From Neoechinorhynchus agilis (taxonomy: Eukaryota > Animalia > Acanthocephala), in assembly GCA_051530055.1 (NCBI GenBank), contig CM121343.1:1396389-1460388 (forward strand): a DNA stretch of 64,000 nt. The letters are read 5' to 3'. Positions 52,330-61,639 of the stretch are shown in pieces. Position 1 is the first letter of the stretch; each line of letters begins with the position of its first letter. A program made the position numbers and the translations under genes. The notes below the pieces were generated by a model. The model was given only the letters and a program-made list of their open reading frames with translations. It had not been told where the DNA came from and ran no database searches.

Positions 52330-52647
52330 AGACTGACCACTAGACGGCCTTTTTGCACGGCTGATAATTTTTCTTGGGCACAAAACCCATTGATCTGGTT
52401 CAGGGAAGCACATAAAATCACTTAATACCCTGAACCATACGGTTACGAGTTTGTACATTCCTCCGGATCCTCAGATACCTCCCGGGGAGGCGGGACTCAC
52501 CAGTGAGTTTCCTCCCTTCAGCAATATTTCGTCCCCTGTGGTTATGCGTCATTGGCGGTAACGGGATTGGAACCAGTTGACCTTTAACTGGGATCAAGGG
52601 CATTAGCCAATTGACCACCTCGACACAACTACGGAATGTACAAACTC
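52330..52647 (-). mobile_element. tRNA-like SINE (A/B box head, body, tail)
   Basis: Head GTCGAGGTGGTCAATTGG...GGTTCCAATCC..ACCGCCA; body matches 57005-57190; tail matches the reverse complement of 56850-56950. Confidence 0.65.
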
Positions 52648-52649
52648 TG

Positions 52650-53050
52650 CCAGCTTTGATTTTTAATTTTGGGCCATCGATGAGCCGTGTGACCAAAGAA
52701 AAATTATGAGCTGTGAGCTTCATAATATAGTCCGGTCCCTTGTTCAGCAAATTAAGTTCCCTTGAGGAAAAGGTGTGTTTTGATCTATTCACAAAATAAC
52801 CGCGCTCTTCGAAGGTTCTTCGTCTTAATTTTTCAAGCTTCCGTAAGTGGTTCATGGTTATATGTTGTTCAGCAATTGATATTCTTAGATTGACGCACTC
52901 ATTGACTCCTATGCTGTCTTTACCTTGCAAAGTACGTACCACCAGCTCCCACAGTAAGGTCGACCGTCGTTTAAGCTTCTCCATGCGGTTCCACATTTCA
53001 TGAATCCCGAATACGATCAACTTCTTGGAGAAAAACTTCTGCAGTTGCGA
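52650..53050 (-). mobile_element. PLE N-terminal coding fragment, inverted relative to the adjacent RT
   Basis: FVNRSKHTFSSRELNLLNKGPDY resembles the PLE N-terminal NLS...L...E..LL.KGL.F motif. Confidence 0.55.
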
Positions 53051-53054
53051 ATCC

Positions 53055-54300
53055 TGAAATCTATTAGCTCCGACCTTGGCCGACATCCACATGCGCGATT
53101 GGGAATCCACTTTCTTGGTGCTTCATAGTCATGTCAATCGGTGGTGGCGTTATGTGAACGATGTATTCATTTTGACTGATTCAAACAATAACAGAGATTT
53201 ACTAAATGCTGAACTGAACTGTCAAGATCCACACATACAGTGGTCAGTCAAAGAAGAGAGTATCAACGGTGAGGTCTCTTTCCTGGACGTCCTGGTCAAG
53301 CGGTCTGCACAAGGCAAAGTTAGCACGTCACTTTATCGTAAGGATAATCTACCATGGGGACCACGATACTGGTCAAGTCACCAACCGATGAGGTATCAAA
53401 TCTAGGCTGTCATGTCCTATTTCCAAAGAGCTTTTCTTATTTCCTCTACTCGATTTGCATGGAGTAAGGAAAGGGAGAGGATAGTACAGGAGCTGAAAAT
53501 GAGGGGATATCCCAAAATGATTATGGACCGGGGAATCCGAGGCTATAACTATCATCCGCATAACAACAAAAAAATCGTCTCCAAAGCCTGCATGCTTCGA
53601 AATAGTGCACTGGTGATGATGACACGAATCAAATGATTTACTCCATTATGAGTAAGAAGGCTGGAATTCGTATTTACAACACTAAAGGAATCGTTCTCAG
53701 AAGCACATTCAAGAGGAAGGGTAGAATTGAGCCGACTCATGGGATATATAGAATTCATTGTGAACAGTGCGAGAAAGTATATATCGGACAAACGATGCAA
53801 GGCATCGAGAAGAGGGTCGCTCAACATAAGCAAGCCTGCAGTCGATTTGAGCATTCGTCGGCAATTTCGGATCATCAAGCGGATTTTGGTGGCATCAACT
53901 TCATTGAAATAGAGAAAAACTTGAAAAGGCGTCTTGTTTTGGAGGCCTTGCACATCGCTGTGTCCAACACAATGGAAGGAAATAAAGCTAATTTTAGCTT
54001 GAAACTGCCAGTCAGCGACGTGTTAAAAATCAATACTAAAATCATGGAAAGAACGTAGTACATCGCAGAGGGTTCGAGCGGATAATTTGGCCCCGAACTT
54101 TGGGTTTGGCGATCCCGCGCACTCGAGCTCAAAATCTGAATAAGAAAAACATATTATTTTTTAGATGACTGATGAGGCGAGGACACCTCGCGAAATTTTT
54201 CCAATAAATCAAAATCAAATGTGCTATTACCAGGATTATTATCACCAAAATAATACTTTGACTAACCCGAAGGATTTTTTATCGATGATTGACGTATATC
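53055..54300 (+). mobile_element. Penelope-like element family B: RT C-half, GIY-YIG endonuclease, pLTR
   Basis: LAPTLADIHM..WE, WWRYVNDVF, SFLDVLV, LYRK, HGIYRIHCEQCEKVYIGQT..RVAQH..SAISDH, LEALHI; a few stops and frameshifts. Confidence 0.9.
54165..54205 (+). ncRNA. Minimal type I hammerhead ribozyme motif (family B)
   Basis: CTGATGA (54169-54175)-G-GCGAGG-ACA-CCTCGC-GAAA-TTTTTC then CAATAAA; stem I pairing not evident. Confidence 0.62.
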
Positions 54301-54791
54301 TTCTTCAGTGGTCGCTGTGGTGCCGTCGATGCCTTTTAATGGGGCGGACTTCTGTGAAGTAGGACCATAAACCACGCGGACGCCTGAGAAAAGTCTCTCA
54401 TGTGATGACTGTCTGCATATTTTTGGAGTTCTCTGGATTTTGCAATCCATCAATTGTTTTGAATTTGGCGAATACGTTTTTGAGCGAGTGCTTTCGCCTT
54501 TCAGAACTCCATTTGTTTGATGGTTGAGCGGCGATCGTTTTCTAGGGCCATTCTTGTTTTTCTTTTCCGATTTATGAGACATTTAATTTCTGCGTCATTC
54601 TCATCCAACCAATCCGACTATTTTCGCCTTCGGACTCCCAACTATTCTTCGCAATTTCGAATGATTGAACATTTCAAATTCTCCCATAATTCAGGAGCTG
54701 TTTTACAGCCGCATTGATTGATTTGTCGATTTAGCGATTCTTAAAAAGCTTCTACATTTGTGGGGTTTTTCAGGTTGGAGATGTCCCATCT

Positions 54792-56665
54792 ATTTCTCAC
54801 ATACAGCAGCCCGCTAGATCCTATTTTTCGCTTTTCCATCACGTGTCGAGGAATGACCAATTTGAAATCGACCGAATTGAATGGTGGAGGTTAATATTTT
54901 AGCAGCTTGTCAAAGGTACCAAAAATATACGACATATCAACGGGCTGAAATATAAGACCGTCTTCTTGATGGGTTATCTCATTTTGAAACATCCCATTAA
55001 AAATTTGTTTAGTGAACATGAGGTCGTAAAAATCCTTCTTTTTAATCCGAAAAGGCTCTCGACTTCGGTCTATAGTTCCGTATTCGATAATAGCACGATA
55101 ACGAGGCTGCATAATCTCCCTCCAAATGAATTCCGATCGTTTTTCCTAATTCAGTTCCTTACCTGTAGAATGCCCGTTGAATGCCAAGACGTAAAATATA
55201 AGGAATCGAGGAATCCGTGTACCAACCTCGATATTTTCCACCATCTCTCAATCAAGCAAAGTCTGACGAAGATGATCTGTGGTGCCACGGTTCGTCACAA
55301 ACGTAAGATTGGTAACTCTGAAGATTGAATTGCGCCTGTCGATCATATAAATTCGTTTTACTCTCGAATGAAAAGCAAGTACCGGGTTCCGCCGGCCTTG
55401 CAGCTTTCTCGATAACTTAATTGCCACAACGTTTCAATATTATTAACTGTCATTGATACCTGCTGGCTACCGATGAATCCTCCTCCATGACTAACTGGAC
55501 AAAGTTCTGTAATATTTTGCTGAATTTCGTCGATTTTTCTTTGGTCGGTGTCGTATCTCAGTCGATAGATGTAAGGAACATCTACCGAGAAGCCCTGTGA
55601 CAGACCTGTTGGTTGGCTTGCGTCTTCAAGCGAACAATCAAGAATTGAAGGGTTTGTTTTTGTTGGTAGTTCAACGACTTTCCTTTGTGGCCCGAAAACT
55701 GCTTGCTCCGCGCTGACTGCAATCCTTTTTGTAGATGGACTCTGTTCCTGGCTTGTTGATTCCGTTATTTGTGCCACTTGAGACGATCTTTTACAAGAGG
55801 ATATATTATCCTTTGATCTCTTTCTGGATTTGAGGTCTTTTGACTCGCTTTTAACTAGTTGAGTCGCAAGTAGACGATTGTGAAACTCGTCTCCTTGACG
55901 GTATCCTTTGCTCGCCTGAATCACTTATACAACGCTTTCGTCCACCAGCGATCTTCTTTCTATTAATGTCAATGATATCGGTTTCCAAGTTTTCGTCATT
56001 TGCTTTCTGCCTCGATCCGTAATTTGTTCTCGTTTCAATACTCACTGCCATTTCGTGTTCTCGGTAATTGTCACATCTTTGACATCTATTTTGCGTTTCA
56101 ATAACACTCCTGTTCGCCAACTTGAGTACCGTAATCTCAAGCCGTGAATAAACGGGGGCGATTGAATTCCCGGGGCACGATATCGCTGATATTCCGTTAT
56201 TGCACTTCTCAGCTTCATTTTCGTCTTTTCAATAAGATACGAAGCAACAAGAAATCCTGATTCGTTGTATCCGCGTGTACAATGAACCGCGATGACTGAA
56301 TTCGGGTTAGATTCTAGCAAGCTATCGCAAATCTCAATGAATCGATTTTTGATTTCTTTTTTAGGGTAATCCTTATATCCATCGCAGGGCAGACAAAAGT
56401 GCGGTACATTTAAATAATCAGTAAACTCTTTATTGTCATAATATGGATCGTTATTTATAAGACTGATGATCCCGGCAATAGATCGATGTCCGGCAATTCG
56501 GCGCATCCGATTAACAGCAATGGTAGGCGTGAATCACTTGTCCTCAGGAATGAGCGAATCGTATTGTGACGATAAGGGAGTCTTAAATACGATAAAGCGG
56601 TTTTTAATGAGATACGAACCCATCGACGTGGTATTTAGCCACCGTTTAGGAATTCGCAGAATTGA
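54792..56665 (-). pseudogene. RNGTT: mRNA capping enzyme pseudogene, copy B, 3'-truncated
   Basis: Retains the N-terminus (LRIPKRWLN..RFIVFKTPLSSQYDSLIPEDK*FTP) and VHCTRGYNESG. Region 54792-56385 is the inverse near-copy of 32756-34349 with the same stops; motif I reads KAGG. Confidence 0.88.
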
Positions 56666-56849
56666 TAGTGATTGATTGGTCGCTATTTGTTTCGTAGTCA
56701 TTCTTGGTTATCGATAGTTATTGTACGTTGTCTTTGATGATTCTAAGATCGATTCGCTTTACCCAGTCGTTCTTATGAACGGTTACTCCCAATCGCAAAT
56801 ATGCAAAGATGACGTAGATATTGAACATAAAAATATGTATCTACGTGCG

Positions 56850-57195
56850 GCCTTTTTTTCACGGCTGATAAGTTTCTATGGACACGCAGCCCACCGATCT
56901 GGTTCAGGGAAGAGCATAAAATCACTTAATATCCCGCTGAACCATACGTTCATGAGTTGGCGTTGAATTAACAAATCAAAGCTGGTTCAGTTTGTACATT
57001 CCGTAGTTGTGTCGAGGTGGTCAAGTGAACTAATGCCCTTGATCCCAGTTAAAAGTTAACTGGTTCGAATCCGTTACCGCCAATGACGCACAACCACAGG
57101 GGACGAAATAATGGTAAAGGGAAGAAACTCACAGGTGAGTCCAGCCTCCCCGGGAGGTATCTGAGGATCCGGAGGAATGTACAAACTCGTAACTC
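56850..57195. mobile_element. tRNA-like SINE, rearranged: tail on minus (56850-56955), head and body on plus (56989-57190)
   Basis: A box TGGTCAAGTGA 57018-57028, B box GGTTCGAATCC 57062-57072; homologous to 52330-52647. Confidence 0.65.
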
Positions 57196-57299
57196 TGCAG
57201 CAACACGACCCCAATCGCGTTTTCAGACGCATCGCAATCAACGACGAATTCTCCGTTTTCCTCTATAGTGCTAATGAGGGCGTTTTTAATATCGTCCTT

Positions 57300-58560
57300 T
57301 AATTAATCGTCGAATCGCATCTTTCTCTTTGTGTGCAAGGGGAATCTGATGTTTTAGTAATTAAAGGTTGAATTTTATACGAATAATTCGAAATCCATCG
57401 ACTGTAATAGGCGAAGAGGCCTAATAATCGCTTGAGAATTCCAGGATTCGAGGGAATCTCCTCCAGAGCTTTCAGTCGCGTAGGATCCGGACGTAGGTAG
57501 CCATTGCATATCTCGTAACCTTTTCTTTTGAAAAAAAGGGACACTTTTTCATGTTCAGCTTCAATCTCCGACTTGAGGCGGCCTCCTTGAATCGCCGCAA
57601 ATTCCGGTCATATGTCCATAAACCTTTGGAATGTCGCTACCCCATTCGTCACGTCCATAGGAACCTTGGTGAATCGGAATAACCGCCCATCCGCTTCAAA
57701 AGCGGCGTAATTCCTCTCTGTCGTTCAAAGTATGCTTTCTTAAGATCGATACAGCTGTAGAATCTGTTTTTTAAACTTCGATAGCTATATCGTTCAACCG
57801 TGGAAGAGGATAAGCGTCGAGATATGTGTAACCGTTGATCGTTTGCGAAAAATTGACAACAAACCGCTTTTTATTATTTCCTTTCCTGACCACGACCACT
57901 TGAGCACACCAAGGGAAATGGCTGGTTCAATTGTCCCTTCCTCCAATGAATAAACGATCTTCACTAGAGTATTAATTTAGTGACGATTGGGGTGCAATTC
58001 TCAGACAGCTTCTCAAATGAGAGAGGGACATAAGCCGTATCGTTTATTGCGGAAAATGACAACTCTAAGGAGACATGTTCGCCGTGCGCTTTTTGCTTGA
58101 TTTCGGAGTACGTTTTGACGAATGGTAACCAAAGAATCATCTCAGTACATAATTGCTTTAGTATGTAAAATTCGACGACCCCGTAAAACCGGCAACCAAA
58201 TCGTATATCGAGCGAAGATTTCCCCATGTTTTACACATTCTGGCGCAGTGTCCGATTTTACGACACGAACGACACTCGGGCCCTCTGGCAGGACATCTCG
58301 CTCTAAGATGTCTAGGTCCTCCACAAAAGAAGCAAGAATTAGTTCTGTCGCTATTGTGATATCGTTGATAGCTGCTTATTCTCTTCGTTCTGACCGCGCC
58401 ACACTTCCGGCCCAGTATCCTCGGAACGCCCATGAGAGTGACCATCGATATCGACGCTACTCATCGCGCAACGATTTGAACCGAAGCGTTCCAATCCTTC
58501 GATCGTCATTTGCATTGGTTTGACAATCTCGATGACTTTTTCCAAGTTCAGTTATCCTTC
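57300..58560 (-). mobile_element. Decayed Gypsy gag-protease-RT
   Basis: Double knuckle CFFCGGPRHLRARC..CRSCRKIGHCARMC, YLDAYPLPRL, FEADGRLFRFTKVPM.VTNG, PDPTRLKALEE..LLGLFAYYSRWI. Confidence 0.85.
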
Positions 58561-58769
58561 CTCTAGGAGCCTCTGACAAATCGTATCAGAAAATATCCCA
58601 GAAATAAACGAATTTCTCATGAAGTCTGCTTTTGCTTCGTTCGCGCTGACTGCTTTGAACTTACAATCCTTTGCCAGTGCAGCGAATCCTGTTCCTTAAG
58701 AGATGTCTTACGAGCTATCCGCTTCAATGTCACTGTAATGAGTCTCACTTCTCCACTTCACCATTGTAG

Positions 58770-58805
58770 ATCCCTGAAGAGGCCGTTAAACGGCGAAAGC
58801 TTGGA
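58770..58805 (+). ncRNA. Minimal type I hammerhead ribozyme motif (family C)
   Basis: TCC-CTGAAGA-G-GCCG-TTAAA-CGGC-GAAA-GCTT-GGA: stem I TCC/GGA, stem II GCCG/CGGC, palindromic AGCT stem III, AATAAA ~15 nt downstream. Confidence 0.7.
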
Positions 58806-58864
58806 AAAACAAAAGACTAATAAATCAGTGCGCCGATTGTCAAACAGAATTAATGGGAAAAAAG

Positions 58865-60110
58865 GCTCTCGCTTTACTAGAATACCAGTCGAAGATGCGA
58901 TCGAACTAGCTATTCCACCACTGATACAGAATTGCAATGACTGGAAGTTGTCAGTTAACAACTGGCGCAAAGTACTTCTTTTTTGCACAAAATTCTCGAA
59001 TTTTGAATTCGATGGGAAAAACTTCGATCAAGTGGATGGACTAGCAATGGGTAGCCCGATTTCCCCAGTTCTAGCTGAACTCTACATGAGGCACTGGGAA
59101 AGTTCGAGTTTGTCGAAGTTAACAGGGGTTAAACTCTGGATGCGATACGTGGATGACACCTTCATCATATTGGACCAAAAGAAGTGCACGGTCCCCCAAC
59201 TGAACAAAGAACTTAATGGGATGAACAAGCACATACAATGGACGTACGAACATAAAGAATGGGGTGCCTTACCATTCCTAGATGTCAACATTAAGGGGAA
59301 CTTGGATGGCACTTTCTCAGCTTCAGTGCACATTAAACAAGGTGTCCCACGTCAAGTCGTTCCTTGGATCTCTGATCAACCGCAAAAACACAAGATATCA
59401 AGGATTCGATCGCTATTTATCAGGGCATATCGATACTGCTCAGACGATGGTACCCTCAAGAACGAACTGGATCGACTATGGAATATCTTCAAAAGAGGTG
59501 GGTACCCAAAGAAATGCATCGAAAGAGCGAGGAAGGATGCAAGACTAATTAAAATAAAGAAATCAATGGCAACTGAGGAAAAAAGATACATTGAAGTCCC
59601 ATACATAAATGGAGATTGGAATTCAAAGATGGAATCTCTAATCAAACGACTTGACACAAAAAAGGAATACAAATTATATTGTAAAAAAGGGCGTACACTA
59701 AACAGTCTCTTACGACCCGAAAAAGAGGAAATGATCAATAAATGTGTATACAAAATCCCATGCCTAGACTGCGATCAATCTTATATCGGACAAACAAATA
59801 ATATCAAGAGACGATTGACCGAACATCGAAGAGCAGTCAGCAAAATGACGGATACGAACTCGGCAATAGTTCATCATATCATAGATAATGGACATAGGAT
59901 CAATTTTGAGAGGGCTGAAATCCTTGCGAGGAACGGAAACCGTAGGGACAGTACTACGATGGAGGCCATTTTTATTAAACAATTAAACACGTTCACGCAA
60001 CCTACGCGTTCCGCCTGATATATTCACGATGAAGCAAAGGATTCAACAGTGACCGTGTGAATGTATTTTAGATTCTGAAGAAGGCCAACGAGCAGGCCGA
60101 AAATTCAAAT
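58865..60110 (+). mobile_element. Penelope-like element, 5'-truncated, uninterrupted RT-C/GIY-YIG frame (within ORF 58738-60018)
   Basis: FTRIP, GLAMGSPISPVLAELYM, WMRYVDDTF, LPFLDV, CVYKIPCLDCDQSYIGQT..RRLTEH..SAIVHH...GH, MEAIFI. Confidence 0.93.
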
Positions 60111-60112
60111 TG
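60068..60112 (+). ncRNA. Minimal type I hammerhead ribozyme motif (family D) at the PLE 3' end
   Basis: TT-CTGAAGA (60075-60081)-A-GGCC-AACGAGCA-GGCC-GAAA-ATTC-AA: palindromic AATT stem III, UUC triplet, short stem I. Confidence 0.7.
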
Positions 60113-60119
60113 ATAAATT

Positions 60120-61636
60120 ACAATCTTTCTTCGCCAAGTCCTACAAGGACTCTAAACCATCGGAGTTGATGGACAAGATGCAAGGCTATCTCGGGAAGCA
60201 CCCATCATGTTTCCTGTTCATTCAAATCTTCATAAGAAATTACCCGAGGATATTTGATCGGTCCTAGTACACGCCAAGATAAAGGATCCTCGAAAATTAG
60301 CACAAGCGGCCGACGAACTATGGAAGGCTATGCAGCTCACCACATCTTCAATACGGCGGAACCCAAGACAGCCATAATCACCCCCTTCGGTTTATTCGAG
60401 TTTTTAAGGATGCCTTTCGACCTCAAGAACGCTGCACAAACCTTCCAACGGCTGATAGACGCTGTCTGCTCCGGTCTCGACTTTGCCTTCGTCTACCTCG
60501 ACGATATTTTGATTGCAAGTCAAAACGAATCAGAAAATTTGCAGGATCTAAGAATTCTATTCACTCGTCTAGCAGAACGTGGACTTACTATCAACTTACC
60601 GAAATGCGAATTCGGAGTCAGAGCTCTAGATTTTCTTGGTCATCGAGTAAGTAAAGAAGGTACGATTCCCACACCGATCAAGGTAGAATCCATCCGAAAC
60701 TTTCCTCGCCCAAAAACGGTAAAGGCATTGCAGGAATTCGTGGGTATGATAAACTTCTATCATCACTTTATTCCTGCAGCATCGAAGTTATTGCGCCCAC
60801 TTTATCAAGCGATGTCAAAGAATCCTTCGAAGAAGATTTTTGAATGGACTGAGGAGATGAATGAGGCTTTTGAAAGCGCGAAGCAAGCACTAGCTGACGC
60901 CACAATGCTCACGCATCCGGCAAAAGATGCGCCAATAGCAATCACAACGGACGCTTCTGATTACGCTGTTGGAGCAGTCCTACAATAGAGGATTTCAGGA
61001 GATTGGAAGCTATTAGCCTTTTTCAGTCGTCAACTACGAAAGCCAGAGCAAAAGTACAGTACATTCGATTGAGAACTGCTGGCAATTTACTTGGCAATCG
61101 GGCACTTCCGCTATACAGTAGAGGGACGACCATAAACCGTTTTCACAGATCATCGGTCACTGATTTTTGCTATGGCCAAAGCTTCGGACCCTTGGTCCGC
61201 TCGACAACAAAGACATTTGAGCTACATCTCAGAATACACCACGAACATAGAGCATGCGAGTGGGCGCAGCAATCAAGTCGCCGATACGCTTTTGAGGGTT
61301 ATTCTAGCCAACGTTAACGAAGGTATCTCTTTTGAAGCAATGTCTCAAGATCAACAAGAAGATCCCGAAAAACAGGCACTACGGACAGCGAAATCAGCAC
61401 TGCGTCTCCGAGACGTTCCCATCGGTAACGAAGGATTAACGCTTCTCTGTGACGTTTCATCCGGAACACAAAGACTGATAGTACCAACATCGTGACGCAG
61501 ACGTGTATTCGACGCGATTCACGAGCTGGCACACCCCGGAATAAGAGCGACCCGCAAGCTAATCACAAGGAAATTCGCTTGATATTATATCGCAAAAGAT
61601 GTCGGCAATTGGGCTAAAACATGCATTACTTGCCAA
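60120..61636 (+). mobile_element. Gypsy element (CsRn1-like): gag fragment fused to RT C-half, RNase H, integrase start
   Basis: DSKPSELMDKM..CFLF, KTAIITPFGLFEFLRMPF.LKNAAQTFQRLID, VYLDDILIAS, TDASDYAVGAVLQ, DPWSARQQRHLSYISEYT, H.LAHPGIRAT, CITCQ; protease and RT N-half deleted. Confidence 0.92.
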
Positions 61637-61639
61637 AAA

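Noticed and set aside
57011-57082. Functional tRNA gene
   Set aside because: A and B boxes are present but the acceptor and anticodon stems do not pair, and the sequence is embedded in a longer repeated unit; called a SINE head instead.
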